A stretch of 64,000 nucleotides of DNA from a bacterium (GTDB taxonomy: Bacteria > UBA8248). Shown piece by piece: positions 43,460-54,800 of this stretch (positions within the stretch are counted from its first letter, which is position 1; every line of letters begins with the position of its first letter). A program made the position numbers and the translations under genes. The stretch spans positions 2,112,001-2,176,000 of the forward strand of contig OZ253442.1 of assembly GCA_965261085.1 (NCBI GenBank), given 5' to 3'. The notes under the pieces are model-generated. The model was not told the DNA's origin and ran no database searches. It saw only the letters and a list, made by a program, of their open reading frames with translations.

Positions 43460-44110
43460 ATGAAGATATTCATTGATACGGCGAACGTGGAAGAAATCAT
43501 CGAAGCGGCGTCCACCGGCATTCTGGACGGCGTGACGACGAATCCCTCGCTCATAGCGAAAGAGGGAGCGGACCACCACACGAGAATCAAGGAGATATGC
43601 GAGGTGGTCGACGGGCCGGTGAGTGCGGAGGTCATCGCCACGGAGGCGAACGAGATGGTCGAGGAGGGCCGTGAACTGGCCGCTATCCACGAGAACGTCG
43701 TCGTGAAGGTTCCGGTGGGCGTCGAGGGCCTGCGCGCCGTCAAGGCCATGCGCGAGGAGAACATCAACACGAACGTCACCCTCATCTTCAGCCCCGTCCA
43801 GGCCATGCTGGCCGCCAAGGCGGGAGCCTCGTTCGTGAGCCCCTTCGTGGGCCGGCTGGACGACATCTCGAGCCCGGGCATGGAGATGGTGGCCGACATC
43901 GTGCAGATCTTCGAGAACTATGATTACGCCACCGAGGTATTGGTGGCGAGCGTGCGAACGCCTATCCATTTGCTCGAAGCCGCGAAAATGGGAGCGGACG
44001 TAGCAACGGTGCCTTTTCAGGTGATTGCGCAGCTGCTCAAGCATCCATTGACCGATATCGGGTTGGAGAAATTTTTGGCGGATTGGCGCCGCGCCAATGA
44101 AATGCGCTGA
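43460..44110 (+). CDS. tal: Transaldolase / fructose-6-phosphate aldolase (short MipB/TalC type)
   Basis: [44 protein letters not shown]. Confidence 0.95.
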   Translation: MKIFIDTANVEEIIEAASTGILDGVTTNPSLIAKEGADHHTRIKEICEVVDGPVSAEVIATEANEMVEEGRELAAIHENVVVKVPVGVEGLRAVKAMREENINTNVTLIFSPVQAMLAAKAGASFVSPFVGRLDDISSPGMEMVADIVQIFENYDYATEVLVASVRTPIHLLEAAKMGADVATVPFQVIAQLLKHPLTDIGLEKFLADWRRANEMR

Positions 44111-44133
44111 TCCTCCGGGAGGGTAGAACGATT

Positions 44134-44367
44134 ATGCCGATGTATGAATTTCTTTGCGGAAACTGTGAAAAAGATTTCGAGACCATCGTTTCATCCGCGC
44201 AAGCCGTCGATCTGGTGGAATGCCCTGAATGCGGCTCACGGAAAGTGCGCAAAAAACTTTCCTTGTTCGCCAAATCCACTTCCGGCGCTGCGGCGTCGAC
44301 GTCGGCTTTTGGCGGTGGATACGCAGCCGGCGGGGGTGGTTGTGGAGGTATGTGTTCGTGCCACTAA
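44134..44367 (+). CDS. FmdB-family zinc-ribbon protein
   Basis: MPMYEFLCGNC..FE..ECPECGS. Confidence 0.9.
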   Translation: MPMYEFLCGNCEKDFETIVSSAQAVDLVECPECGSRKVRKKLSLFAKSTSGAAASTSAFGGGYAAGGGGCGGMCSCH

Positions 44368-44446
44368 CCCCTCGGGGTTGCGTTTAGATTCTCTCGCCAA
44401 GCTGCCTGCGCTCTATCCTTTGGAAAATTTTTGAGAGGGGGACAAT

Positions 44447-45697
44447 ATGCCGCAACACGAGCGAGTCAGTGTATTCGAAACCGCCGGCGCACAGTTCGAC
44501 CGAGCGGCGGACCTCATCGATTTAGATGATGAAATGCGGTTTCTCCTCAAGACCCCTTTCCGGGAAATGAAAGTCGAAATTCCCATCCGCAGAGACGATG
44601 GCTCCCTGGGCGTTTGGCAAGGCTACCGCATTCAGTTCAATGGCTCCCGAGGCCCTTTCAAGGGTGGAATCCGCTACCACCACGAAGTGGATATGGACGA
44701 GGTGCGCGGACTCTCGGCTCTCATGGCCTGGAAGACGGCTTTGGTCGATATTCCCTTTGGTGGCGGAAAAGGCGGCATCAGCGTCAACGTGAAAGAACTC
44801 AGCGTTTATGAGTTGGAGCGGCTGACCAGAAAATTCATCGCGCGTATCGACCACATTCTGGGACCATACCGCGATATTCCCGCCCCTGACGTGAACACGA
44901 ACGCGCAGGTGATGGCGTGGATTTTTGATGAATACAGCAGCCGGCACGGGTATGCGCCGGGTTGTGTTACCGGGAAACCCCTGGCCATAGGCGGCTCCCC
45001 GGGGAGGGAGGCCGCTACGGGGCGCGGCGCCGTGATGGTGTATCAGGAGATAGCCAAAAGGGAAGGCTGGGACCCCGCATCCATGACGGCGGCGATACAG
45101 GGTTTCGGGAATGTCGGCTCTTTCGCCGCCAGGTTCATGGGTGAACTGGGAGTGAAGGTGGTGGCGATTTCGGGCAGCAGGGGCGCCTATTTCAATGGCG
45201 ACGGCATCGACGTCGAAGCAGCGGCGGCGCACCGGAAAGAGACGGGTGGGCTGGAAGGTCTCGGCGGAGTCGAGGCGATCACCAATGAAGAGCTTTTGGC
45301 GCTAGATGTGGACGTCTTGATTCCGGCGGCTCTGGGCGGCGCCATTCATGCCGGTAATGCGGCGAACGTAAAAGCCCGGATTATTCTGGAAGTGGCCAAT
45401 GCTCCGGTAACCGAAGGGGGCGAAAACATTCTGGCCGATGGCGGTGACGTCATGCTGATCCCCGACGTATTGGCGAGTTCGGGCGGCGTGACGGTCTCGT
45501 ATTTCGAGTGGGTGCAGAACATCCAGCAATTCGGCTGGGATGAAGAGCGGGTGAACCGCGAGTTGGGCAGAATCATGGCGCGCGCCACTACGGAGGTGTA
45601 TGAACTGGCAAGGGCGAAAAACGTGTCTTTGCGCACGGCGGCCTTTATCATTGCGGTTCAAAGAGTGGCGGAGGCGGAGCGCCTTCGCGGTTTGTAG
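44447..45697 (+). CDS. gdhA: Glu/Leu/Phe/Val dehydrogenase (glutamate dehydrogenase-like)
   Basis: GPFKGGIRYH, FGGGKGG, DIPAPDVNT, VTGKP, GREAATGRG, IQGFGNVG, GGVTVSYFEWVQN. Confidence 0.93.
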   Translation: MPQHERVSVFETAGAQFDRAADLIDLDDEMRFLLKTPFREMKVEIPIRRDDGSLGVWQGYRIQFNGSRGPFKGGIRYHHEVDMDEVRGLSALMAWKTALVDIPFGGGKGGISVNVKELSVYELERLTRKFIARIDHILGPYRDIPAPDVNTNAQVMAWIFDEYSSRHGYAPGCVTGKPLAIGGSPGREAATGRGAVMVYQEIAKREGWDPASMTAAIQGFGNVGSFAARFMGELGVKVVAISGSRGAYFNGDGIDVEAAAAHRKETGGLEGLGGVEAITNEELLALDVDVLIPAALGGAIHAGNAANVKARIILEVANAPVTEGGENILADGGDVMLIPDVLASSGGVTVSYFEWVQNIQQFGWDEERVNRELGRIMARATTEVYELARAKNVSLRTAAFIIAVQRVAEAERLRGL

Positions 45698-45708
45698 GCC
45701 CAGTCATA

Positions 45709-46638
45709 TTGGTGGAGTTTTCGTTGTCTGGATTCGTGATAGACGCTCAAGGCATCGAAAAATCCTTCGGAACCCTCAAAGCCGTCGATGGCGTCTCGCT
45801 TCAGGTGAAGCCCGGGGAGTGTTTCGGGATTCTGGGCCCGAACGGAGCTGGCAAAACCACGACAATCAAGATGCTGCATGGAGCCGTTCATCCTGATGCG
45901 GGCAGCCTGAGGGTGCTGGGGAGAGACGTAATAACCCAGAGCCGGCTCATTCGCGTGCAGATGGGCATCGTATCGCAAGAAGATACCCTGGACCGCGATC
46001 TGACGGTATATGAAAATCTTTGGGTCTATGCCGGGTTTTTCAGCATCTCCAGGAAGGCGTCATTATCCCGCATCGAGCATCTGCTCGATTTCATGCAGCT
46101 TCGCGAAAAATGGAATTCACAGATCAAGACCCTGTCCGGCGGAATGAAGCGGCGCCTCCACATCGCGCGAGCCCTGATCCATGAGCCGAAATTCCTGATT
46201 CTGGATGAACCCACCACCGGCCTGGATCCGCAGGCGAGGCATCTTGTCTGGCAGAGGCTCCGGGAACTCAAGGCGCAGGGCCTGACCATTCTTCTCACTA
46301 CGCATTACATGGAGGAGGCGGCCCAGATGTGCGATCGCATCGGCATCATGGATACGGGAAAATTTCTGATTGAAGGTGAGCCACAATCCCTGGTGCAGGA
46401 AAAAGTGGGTGATGAGGTATACGAGCTCAAGGGCGGTGCTTCAGAAGAATTGCTCCATTCATTACAAAATCTCCCTGTAACCACCGAAGTCGTTGCCGAT
46501 ATATTGTACCTGTACAGCCACAACGGGATGCGGGTGATGGAGCATTTGATTTCTCACGGGAGGAAGGATTTTCTGAGGCGGCCGGCCACCCTGGAGGATT
46601 TATTTTTAAGGCTCACGGGCCGGGAGCTTAGAGATTGA
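45709..46638 (+). CDS. ABC exporter ATP-binding subunit (NodI/DrrA-like)
   Basis: GPNGAGKTT, LSGGMKRR, LILDEPTTGLDPQARH, TTHYMEEA. Confidence 0.93.
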   Translation: MVEFSLSGFVIDAQGIEKSFGTLKAVDGVSLQVKPGECFGILGPNGAGKTTTIKMLHGAVHPDAGSLRVLGRDVITQSRLIRVQMGIVSQEDTLDRDLTVYENLWVYAGFFSISRKASLSRIEHLLDFMQLREKWNSQIKTLSGGMKRRLHIARALIHEPKFLILDEPTTGLDPQARHLVWQRLRELKAQGLTILLTTHYMEEAAQMCDRIGIMDTGKFLIEGEPQSLVQEKVGDEVYELKGGASEELLHSLQNLPVTTEVVADILYLYSHNGMRVMEHLISHGRKDFLRRPATLEDLFLRLTGRELRD

Positions 46639-47411
46639 TGTTCCTCCCCCAGGCTCCGAGTCATCGCGCCTTTCGTGTCTGGGTTCGTCATCTGGTGTAC
46701 TACCGCTCTTTTTACCTGGCGGAATGGGCGGGCAACCTGGGTGAGCACATTTTGTGGCTGGTGGCGTTTGGTTACGGCCTGGGCCGGTTGGTGCCGAGTC
46801 TGGACGGTATCTCGTACGCGCAGTTCATCGGCCCTGGTCTGATGGTTTCCGTCGCGATGTGGAACGCCACATATGAGTCCACATACGGGGCTTATTCAAG
46901 AATGCGAATTCAGAATATCTATGAGTCCATGCTGATGGCCCCGCTCACGGTGGGAGACATCGTGCTGGGCGATCTTCTCTGGTGCGCCAGTCGTGCGTTG
47001 ATTGGCTCGACGTTGATGCTGATCGTTTTGAGTTTGTTCGGTTTGGTCGGCTCATGGTGGGCGGTGGCGATTCTTCCGGTTCTGTTTATCGAGGCGGTGA
47101 TGTTCGCGGCCCTGGGGCTCATTGCGACATCATTGGCCCCCAGCTTCTCGTTTTTCAATTTTTATTTCTCCGCCATCGTCATGCCCATGTTTTTCTTTGC
47201 AGGCACCTTGTTTCCCATCAAAGGGCTTCCGGTGTGGGTGGAACGGTTATCGGACGCTCTCCCGCTTACCCATGCGGTGAGAATCTCACGCGGCTTGTTT
47301 ATTTATGGACATGTCGAGAATTTCATCTGGCATTTTTCTTTTCTGCTTGGCTTTACGCTTTTATTTTTGGTCGTCGCTTGTATTTTAGTGAGCAGGAGGA
47401 TGGTGGAATAA
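46635..47411 (+). CDS. ABC-2 type permease (NodJ-like)
   Basis: SYAQFIGPGL, ATYESTYGAYSRM, PMFFFAGTLFP, LPLTHAV; six TM helices. Confidence 0.9.
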   Translation: MMFLPQAPSHRAFRVWVRHLVYYRSFYLAEWAGNLGEHILWLVAFGYGLGRLVPSLDGISYAQFIGPGLMVSVAMWNATYESTYGAYSRMRIQNIYESMLMAPLTVGDIVLGDLLWCASRALIGSTLMLIVLSLFGLVGSWWAVAILPVLFIEAVMFAALGLIATSLAPSFSFFNFYFSAIVMPMFFFAGTLFPIKGLPVWVERLSDALPLTHAVRISRGLFIYGHVENFIWHFSFLLGFTLLFLVVACILVSRRMVE

Positions 47412-47412
47412 C

Positions 47413-48348
47413 ATGGGGTCCATAACCAAAATCCTGCATCCCCCAGAACCTTTCTTGTTTCATGAGAGTTTGTTGCGTTTTCGCGTCTCCAATGAGGAGT
47501 TCATCAACTCCTACGAGGGCGGGGTGTACCGCAGGGTCGTGGAGGATGCCGATGGCAATCTGGTTTTCCTGGAAGCTGAAGTCGAAGGTGAGGGCAGGGG
47601 CGCGGTTCGCCTCCGGATAGCCACCGAAGGACGGATGACGAAATCGGCCCAGAGCAGGGGCCTGGACGCCATCGAACACGTTTTGGCTTTTGACCTTGAT
47701 TTGAAGCCATTTTACAGGATGGCGAGGGGCGACGCGGATCTGGCTCCTATGGTGAAAAAATTCAGAGGCCTCAAGCCGGTACGGTATTTGAGCGTATTCG
47801 AGGCTCTTGTTACGGCCATTACGGCGCAACAGGTGAATTTGACGTTCGCCGGCGCCATACGGCGGCGGATGGTGAAGCGATGGGGAAGAAAATTGCGCAT
47901 CGACGGGCAGACGCATTACGCTTTCCCGCACCCGGAGCGTTTGGCCCGGGCGCGCGTATCCACCTTGCGGGGGATGCAATTCTCGGAACGAAAAGCGGAA
48001 TATGTGATTGGTGTGGCGCGCGCCGCTATGGAGGGTCGATTGAATGAGAGCGAACTACGGGTTCTCCCCATCGATGAGGCGGTGGCTCGCCTGACCGAGA
48101 TACGGGGCGTGGGTCGCTGGACGGCCGAGCAAATGCTTTTTCGGGCGCTCGGCCGCGTGGAAGTGTTTCCCGGCGGTGATTTGGGAGTGCAAAAGGTCGT
48201 GGCGCGTTATTGTTTCGGGAAAGAGCGTGTGGATGAGGAGACTGCGCGCAAACGAGCAGACGGGTGGCATCCGTGGGCCTCTCTGGCGACGACCTACTTG
48301 TTCGCCGCATGGCGCGCGGGCGTCGCGTCCGCTCATGAGACAGCATGA
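47413..48348 (+). CDS. alkA: DNA-3-methyladenine glycosylase II (AlkA family)
   Basis: FEALVTAITAQQV, AFPHPE, HhH LTEIRGVGRWTA, FPGGDLGV. Confidence 0.88.
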   Translation: MGSITKILHPPEPFLFHESLLRFRVSNEEFINSYEGGVYRRVVEDADGNLVFLEAEVEGEGRGAVRLRIATEGRMTKSAQSRGLDAIEHVLAFDLDLKPFYRMARGDADLAPMVKKFRGLKPVRYLSVFEALVTAITAQQVNLTFAGAIRRRMVKRWGRKLRIDGQTHYAFPHPERLARARVSTLRGMQFSERKAEYVIGVARAAMEGRLNESELRVLPIDEAVARLTEIRGVGRWTAEQMLFRALGRVEVFPGGDLGVQKVVARYCFGKERVDEETARKRADGWHPWASLATTYLFAAWRAGVASAHETA

Positions 48349-48370
48349 TTCTTGAGAGTCAAGTGAATAT

Positions 48371-49513
48371 ATGAACAACACCCGGGTTTCCATCGAGGAG
48401 CGGGAAAAGAATCTGCTGGCGCCTTTTGCCGCCCATAGCGCCGATAGTCTCGGGCGGAAGCATCCGGAGCCCGAGCACGACATGCGGACGGCTTTTCAGC
48501 GCGATCGCGACCGGATCATCCATACGCAAGCGTTCAGGAGGCTTGAATACAAGACCCAGGTTTTTGTGAATCATGAGGGGGATCATTACCGGACGCGTTT
48601 GACGCACACGATAGAGGTGAGCCAGATCGCCCGTTCCATCGCGCGCGCTCTCGGCCTGAATGAAGAACTCGCCGAGGCCGTTGCCCTGGCGCACGATTTG
48701 GGACACCCCCCTTTCGGTCATGCCGGAGAGATGGTTCTGGATGAACTCATGGAAGGCCATGGGGGGTTCGAGCACAATTTGCAAGCCTTGCGAATCGTCG
48801 AGGTTTTAGAGAAGCGCTACCCCTCGTTCCCGGGCTTGAACCTGACGTGGGAGACACGCGAGGGAATCATAAAATATCTTCATCGCTACGAAGGCCCGAT
48901 GCCTCCGGGTCTGACGAATAGAATCTCTCCCAGCCTCGAAGCGCAGGTGGTCGATGTGGCGGATGAGATCGCATACAACAACCATGATTTGGACGACGGG
49001 CTGTCATCTCGGTTATTTGGTCTCGAAGATTTGCAGGATACGCGCCTTTGGCGTGAACATTATGAAAGCTCAAAAGAATCTTTTCCCAACTCTTCCAGGC
49101 GAGAGAGTAAGCACGACACCATTCGCCGAATTATAAACTCACAGGTTCAAGATATTATCACATCCACATGCGAGCGTATTAAGACTCGGAAGCTTCGAGA
49201 TATTTCGGATGTCAGAGAGAATGGACACGATGTGGTTGTTTTTGCTGAAGAGATGAATGAGAAAAACATCGAATTAAAACGTTTCTTGATGGCGCGGATG
49301 TATAAGAACCAGCGTGTCATGAAATTAGAAAAAAGCGCTCGAAAAATATTAAGTGGGTTGTTTCATTTGTATATCGACGATTCTCATAAAATTCCAGAAC
49401 ATGTTCGCAAACTCGAGGATATGGATGGGCGACATCGAATGGTTTGTGATTATGTCGCCGGGATGACGGACCGCTACGCTTTGCAGCAATATGAGCGATG
49501 GTTGGAAGTATGA
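48371..49513 (+). CDS. dgt: dGTP triphosphohydrolase-like HD protein
   Basis: RTAFQRDRDRIIH, KTQVF, RTRLTH, AHDLGHPPFGHAGE, ADEIAYNNHDLDDG, DYVAGMTD. Confidence 0.95.
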   Translation: MNNTRVSIEEREKNLLAPFAAHSADSLGRKHPEPEHDMRTAFQRDRDRIIHTQAFRRLEYKTQVFVNHEGDHYRTRLTHTIEVSQIARSIARALGLNEELAEAVALAHDLGHPPFGHAGEMVLDELMEGHGGFEHNLQALRIVEVLEKRYPSFPGLNLTWETREGIIKYLHRYEGPMPPGLTNRISPSLEAQVVDVADEIAYNNHDLDDGLSSRLFGLEDLQDTRLWREHYESSKESFPNSSRRESKHDTIRRIINSQVQDIITSTCERIKTRKLRDISDVRENGHDVVVFAEEMNEKNIELKRFLMARMYKNQRVMKLEKSARKILSGLFHLYIDDSHKIPEHVRKLEDMDGRHRMVCDYVAGMTDRYALQQYERWLEV

Positions 49514-49613
49514 TGTTTAAGTTCTTCTTCTAGTTCGGGAAAGAGAGAACAGAAGAAAAAATCTTGGGGTGATGGTAATTTTGAGCCGTCTCTTTAAGGC
49601 TGTTGAGAAGATC

Positions 49614-51023
49614 CTACTTAATTTGAAGAGCAGCAAAGAGGTTGGTTTCTTTTCTCTTCAAGAGGAGGAGTACGGAGCCATCAAGATGGGATTTGTCTAT
49701 GATCGCCTGAAATTCTTCTATTGTTTTTACAGGTATGTGGTTAACCTCCTCGATTTCATCGCCGGGCCTGATTCCACTAAGCTCAGCAATGCCCCCTCTG
49801 AGAATCGAGGAGACCACCAATGTCTTCTCCTCATAAGGCAACTCGAAGCGCTGGGCTAGATGCGGGGTAAGCACCTCTACCTTCATTCCCATGTAAGTAT
49901 GGTTCGTCATCATTCGCGAATGGGGCGCTTCAGGCCGTCTTCCTATACGTAAATAGACACTCTCAAGGCGCTTTTCTCGGTAATACTTTACCAACACAAG
50001 GGAATTTGGCTTTGTGCGGGCCACTATGCGGGGAAGGCTCTGCCATGTGCTGACAGATTTGCCGTTGAATTCAACTACGACGTCTCCTCGACGCAAGCCG
50101 GCACGATGGGCAGGGCCGCCGCGAGTAACTTGTGTGAGCTTGGCGCCCTCGAACCGAGAAAGGCCCAGGCTCTTTCCCTCTTGCCGGGGGACTGCCGATA
50201 TAGCCGCACCCAAGCGGCCTCGCACCGGATAGCCTTTGTGGCGAAGGGAATCGATAACGGCTTTGGCTTGATTAATCGGAATGGCGAAACCAATGCCTAA
50301 ACTCCAGGCGCGCGACCCGCTGGAAAATATCGCTGTGTTGACACCGATTACAACGCCTTTCGTATTTGCAAGTGGCCCACCGGAGTTGCCAGGATTGATC
50401 GATGCGTCGGTTTGGAGATATTCATCAAAAGGACCTTCTTTCAAATCCCGAGCCTTGGCGCTGATTATTCCCACAGATACGGAATTTGCCAAGCCAAATG
50501 GACTGCCAATTGCTATAACCCATTGCCCGACATCTACTTCATCGGAATCTCCTAGAGATGCTTCCTGGAGTTTTTGAGTCGGTTTTATTTTTAGTAATGC
50601 AAGATCTGTTTTATCGTCCACGCCAAGCAAACGGGCTGATAATTCCTCTCCTTCATGGAGTTTGACCATAATTTCTTGTGCGTTTTTAATAACGTGGTGA
50701 TTAGTTAAGATATGACCTTCTTGTGAGACAATGATTCCAGAGCCCACGTTGTAGTGGCCGCTAAAGGGCACGTTGCCCTGATCAAATTTTGGAGGATTGT
50801 CTTTTTGGCGACCTCTACCGAAGAGGTTAAGCAGTGGATTGCCCTCGGTGCCTTTTGGTTTTACACGAATATGTACAACCGAAGGTTGTAACTTTTTGGC
50901 TGCATTGATGATGAGGCGACTACCAAATGGATGAGATGTCGCCGCCGACATGGGTGAAGCGCCTATTAACCAGAAGGGCAATAAGCAGATGTAGATAGAA
51001 ATATGTAGACTGCGGCAGCGCAT
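49614..51023 (-). CDS. degP: HtrA/DegP periplasmic serine protease with two PDZ domains
   Basis: GSGII, ILTNHHV, TDLALLK, QTDASINPGNSGGPL, GIGFAIP, two PDZ-like repeats. Confidence 0.93.
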   Translation of the reverse strand: MRCRSLHISIYICLLPFWLIGASPMSAATSHPFGSRLIINAAKKLQPSVVHIRVKPKGTEGNPLLNLFGRGRQKDNPPKFDQGNVPFSGHYNVGSGIIVSQEGHILTNHHVIKNAQEIMVKLHEGEELSARLLGVDDKTDLALLKIKPTQKLQEASLGDSDEVDVGQWVIAIGSPFGLANSVSVGIISAKARDLKEGPFDEYLQTDASINPGNSGGPLANTKGVVIGVNTAIFSSGSRAWSLGIGFAIPINQAKAVIDSLRHKGYPVRGRLGAAISAVPRQEGKSLGLSRFEGAKLTQVTRGGPAHRAGLRRGDVVVEFNGKSVSTWQSLPRIVARTKPNSLVLVKYYREKRLESVYLRIGRRPEAPHSRMMTNHTYMGMKVEVLTPHLAQRFELPYEEKTLVVSSILRGGIAELSGIRPGDEIEEVNHIPVKTIEEFQAIIDKSHLDGSVLLLLKRKETNLFAALQIK

Positions 51024-51308
51024 GGTTTAGTGTACCCTAATCGTTGGGCCTGAACTACGCATAAACGGCTGAAACACCGCACTTTGCATATGTTAGCATC
51101 GTGTATTTCCGGGAGCAATCAATTTGACCAAGGTTGGACAAGTTTGATATAGCGTGATCGCTCGATCACCTGTGAATTTAGCAGGCTTATCTATTGTGGT
51201 TTTTTCTTAGACGCTCGGGAATCGAAGAACACCTATGAGATTTTCAACTAGACTCACGCGGTTCCGGCAGTCGCGCCATTCGCTTTCCCAGAGAGATTTC
51301 TTCTAGCC

Positions 51309-53111
51309 GTGAACATCGGTCGAATCAGAAACTTTTCAATCATCGCGCATATAGACCATGGGAAGTCCACCCTGGCAGATCGCATTTTGGAAAAGACCGG
51401 GGCGCTTTCAAAGCGTGAAATGACTTCCCAGGTCTTGGATTCCATGGCCTTGGAGCAGGAGCGGGGCATCACCATCAAGGCGGCGACGGTTCGTATACAG
51501 TATAAATCACTCCAGGGCGAAGAATATATCTTTAACCTCATAGATACGCCCGGTCATGTGGATTTCAGCTATGAAGTTTCAAGAAGCCTCCAGGCTTGCG
51601 AGGGTGCTTTGCTACTGGTAGACGCGACCCAAGGTATCCAGGCCCAAACGATGGCGAATGCATACCTTGCTTTAGAGCAGGATTTAGCCATTATCCCAGT
51701 GATCAATAAAATCGATCTGCCAGCGGCGGATCCTGAGCGCGTGATGAAGCAAGTGGAGGACATAATCGGAATTGATGGAGATGAATGCCTGCTGGTAAGC
51801 GCGAAACAAGGCGAAGGAGTGGATTCGCTACTTGAAGCAATCGTTGAGCGAGTTCCACCTCCAAACGGAGATCCCGAGGGTTCTGCACAAGGGTTCGTGA
51901 TAGATTCTTGGTATGATTCCTACCAGGGAGCCATTTCGTTATTTCGCATGTTTGAAGGAACCATTCGCAAGGGTGATATCGTCCGCTTTATGTCGACTGG
52001 TCAGGAATATCAAGTTCTGAGTTTAAGCACTTTTACGCCTCATGAAGTGAAAATAAAAGAACTTGGGCCGGGCGAAGTGGGAATTTTATCTGCTTCGATA
52101 CGAGAGGTGAGCGATACTCGAGTGGGTGACACTATTACGCTTGCCAAAGACCCTGCACGTGAGGCCATCCAAGGCTTCCAGGAGCCGAAAGCGATGGTGT
52201 TTAGCGGTTTGTATGCGGTGGATAGTGCCGAGTATGAAGATTTGAGGACGGCGCTAGAGAAACTCAGGCTGAACGATTCGGCCTTTACCTATGAGCCCGA
52301 GACGTCGGTTGCTTTGGGGTTCGGTTTTAGATGTGGGTTCTTGGGTCTTCTTCACATGGAAATCATTCGCGAGAGACTGGAGCGTGAATATGATCTGACA
52401 CTCATCATCACAGCCCCGACAGTGATTTTTCGCGTTCTGCTCAGTGATTCTACAGTGGAAGAAATCGATAGCCCAGCGAAATTGCCCGAACTCTCGAGGA
52501 TTGAGACGATCGAGGAACCGTTCATTTTGGGCACAATTCTTGTGCCCTCGGAATATGTTGGCGCCGTTCTCAAATTAGCACAGGAGAAGCGTGGCATTCA
52601 GCGCTCTATGGAATATATCGATACGACAACAGTGCAAATCGCCTACGAACTACCATTTAGTGAGATTCTCTTTGATTTTTACGACAAATTAAAATCCGTT
52701 TCTCGTGGGTATGCGAGTTTCGACTATGAGCACCTGGATTTTCGCTCAGCGGAGGTCGTAAAGCTGGATGTCCTGCTCAACGGCCAGCCGATAGACCCAT
52801 TTTCGACGATCATTCACAAAGAGAAAGCCTACTATCATGGCCGGGCACTGGTGCAGAAGATGAAAGAAATCATCCCGAGACAAATGTTTGAGGTCATCAT
52901 ACAGGCCGCGGTTGGAAACCGGGTAATTGCGCGGGAGACGATTCGAGCGTTGAGAAAAGATGTGACTGCGAAATGCTATGGTGGTGATATCACGCGGAAA
53001 CGAAAGTTGTTGGAAAAACAGCGAGAAGGAAAGAAGCGCATGAAGAATATCGGAACTGTAGAAGTGCCTCAAGAAGCATTTATGGCTGTTTTGGATGTGG
53101 GCAAGGAGTAA
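51309..53111 (+). CDS. lepA: Elongation factor 4
   Basis: [56 protein letters not shown]. Confidence 0.99.
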   Translation: MNIGRIRNFSIIAHIDHGKSTLADRILEKTGALSKREMTSQVLDSMALEQERGITIKAATVRIQYKSLQGEEYIFNLIDTPGHVDFSYEVSRSLQACEGALLLVDATQGIQAQTMANAYLALEQDLAIIPVINKIDLPAADPERVMKQVEDIIGIDGDECLLVSAKQGEGVDSLLEAIVERVPPPNGDPEGSAQGFVIDSWYDSYQGAISLFRMFEGTIRKGDIVRFMSTGQEYQVLSLSTFTPHEVKIKELGPGEVGILSASIREVSDTRVGDTITLAKDPAREAIQGFQEPKAMVFSGLYAVDSAEYEDLRTALEKLRLNDSAFTYEPETSVALGFGFRCGFLGLLHMEIIRERLEREYDLTLIITAPTVIFRVLLSDSTVEEIDSPAKLPELSRIETIEEPFILGTILVPSEYVGAVLKLAQEKRGIQRSMEYIDTTTVQIAYELPFSEILFDFYDKLKSVSRGYASFDYEHLDFRSAEVVKLDVLLNGQPIDPFSTIIHKEKAYYHGRALVQKMKEIIPRQMFEVIIQAAVGNRVIARETIRALRKDVTAKCYGGDITRKRKLLEKQREGKKRMKNIGTVEVPQEAFMAVLDVGKE

Positions 53112-53114
53112 AAC

Positions 53115-53843
53115 GTGTCGGATGCCAGTCTGGTTACACGCAAGAGCGCGAAGCGAAAGCGCAAATCCAAATCAACTTTTCGCGAATATGCTGAGGCGAT
53201 CATCATCGCTTTGTTATTGGCTATGTTTGTGCGCACCTTTGTGGTGCAAGCATTTAAGATACCCTCGGGTTCGATGGAAAATACTCTTCTTGTTGGCGAC
53301 CATATACTCGTCAATAAATTCATCTTTTGGTTCCGCAAGCCTGAGCGCGGGGATATTATTGTATTCAGGTTTCCTAAGGATGAACGACGAGATTTTATTA
53401 AGCGCGTCATTGCTTTACCGGGTGAGGAGGTGATGGTTCGCGGAGAAAAAGTGTTTATCAACTGCGCTTCGCCGAATACACCGGAAAAATGTGTGGCGTT
53501 GGATGAGAAATATGTGCGTTTTAAGCCAATTGGCGCCGCTGTAGGCTTTGAGAGTAAATGGGGGCCACAGAAAGTCCCGCCGGGACATCTATTCATGCTG
53601 GGGGATAACCGAAACAATAGCCAAGACAGCCGTTTTTGGGGTTTTTTGAAAATAGGTGAGCGCGTGAATCATATACCTGTCCGTTTTGCGGGTTATGCTT
53701 TTAGATTGCCTTTTCCTTGTTCTTTATGGTCTGCGCCGTGTTGGGACGATAAACTCCGTGGCTCCGCTTTCATGATTTATTGGTCTTGGAACGGCGATTC
53801 GGGTTCACCGCGCTGGGGCAGGCTGGCCAACTTTATTAGTTGA
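53115..53843 (+). CDS. lepB: Signal peptidase I
   Basis: AFKIPSGSMENTLLVGD, FIKRVIALPG, MLGDNRNNSQDSRFWG. Confidence 0.97.
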   Translation: MSDASLVTRKSAKRKRKSKSTFREYAEAIIIALLLAMFVRTFVVQAFKIPSGSMENTLLVGDHILVNKFIFWFRKPERGDIIVFRFPKDERRDFIKRVIALPGEEVMVRGEKVFINCASPNTPEKCVALDEKYVRFKPIGAAVGFESKWGPQKVPPGHLFMLGDNRNNSQDSRFWGFLKIGERVNHIPVRFAGYAFRLPFPCSLWSAPCWDDKLRGSAFMIYWSWNGDSGSPRWGRLANFIS

Positions 53844-53912
53844 TTTTTGTTTTTGTTGGGGTTTCGTCTGTCTTGGCAAAAATAGACTCAAAGAATAAAA
53901 AGACTCAACCCC

Positions 53913-54797
53913 TCATATTGTTTCCCATGGAACACAGCGCGTGTGAGAACCTATGGGGTGCCAAACCCGCATGTTGGAATAAGGGCCATAAAGTATCGTG
54001 GCGTCCGGCGCATAAAGAGACGCGAGATGAGAAACGCCGGAATCCCCTCCAAAATACGCGGAAGATTTTGATAAAATAGCGCTTAGAACTTTGGGTGGAA
54101 TATCGTTGATATTGGTGATGGAATCGTCCCAAAGCCTTTGAAATTCCTCGCTAGCCACTGAATCTGCTGGCCCTTCTATCACGACGGGCCACTGGCCTGT
54201 TTCATCAGCATGCCTTCGCGCCATAGTGGCGAGAATCTGAGGAGGAATCCATTTGCCCTTTCCCCCTCCACCCGGATGGATGATGAAGAACTTATCCTCT
54301 ATGCCACATTTATTCAATACTTTATTTGCTAAAATTAAATTATCATGTGAAGGCTGCAGAGTGATTTTCTCGCTCTCGGGAACACCCAAAGATGACCAAG
54401 GATGCATCATCCACTCGCAGATATGAATTTCTGCTGAGACAGGAGGAAAAGGCGGGTGGATCTGATATTTATTCAACCCATTTGAATTCAGCCGTTTAGC
54501 GAGTTCTCCTGAATCATCCGAAGTGTAAAACATGCACGTATCGTAGGGCTCGATGAGTTGAAATAACGCGTCATTTTCCTGTGGTTGGTCGTGATACAGG
54601 AGGTGAAAAGGGGCTGCTCCCCCATCGAGAATTTCGTGAATCAACCCCGAGTCGAGTAGTGGGGCTGCATAATGGGGGTTTGCTGCCAGGGAGATGTGAG
54701 CGTTTTCATAATGGGCACGTAAATGTTTGAATAATAAAACCAATAGCAGGGTGTCCCCGAATGCTCCCATTCGGTAAATCAAGATTCTGGTTGCCAA
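53913..54797 (-). CDS. Glycosyltransferase family 9 (heptosyltransferase-like)
   Basis: ILIYRMGAFGDTLL, IHPGGGGKGKW, GGDSGVSHLA, LYGP. Confidence 0.88.
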   Translation of the reverse strand: MATRILIYRMGAFGDTLLLVLLFKHLRAHYENAHISLAANPHYAAPLLDSGLIHEILDGGAAPFHLLYHDQPQENDALFQLIEPYDTCMFYTSDDSGELAKRLNSNGLNKYQIHPPFPPVSAEIHICEWMMHPWSSLGVPESEKITLQPSHDNLILANKVLNKCGIEDKFFIIHPGGGGKGKWIPPQILATMARRHADETGQWPVVIEGPADSVASEEFQRLWDDSITNINDIPPKVLSAILSKSSAYFGGDSGVSHLASLYAPDATILYGPYSNMRVWHPIGSHTRCVPWETI

Positions 54798-54800
54798 TGT

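Noticed and set aside
45709-47411. nodIJ assignment
   Set aside because: The family resemblance is real, but no nod biosynthesis genes are nearby. Left as a generic ABC-2 exporter.
51154-51169. Palindrome GTGATCGCTCGATCAC between degP and lepA
   Set aside because: Single occurrence, and the GTGA-N8-TCAC spacing does not fit CRP/FNR. No regulator can be assigned.
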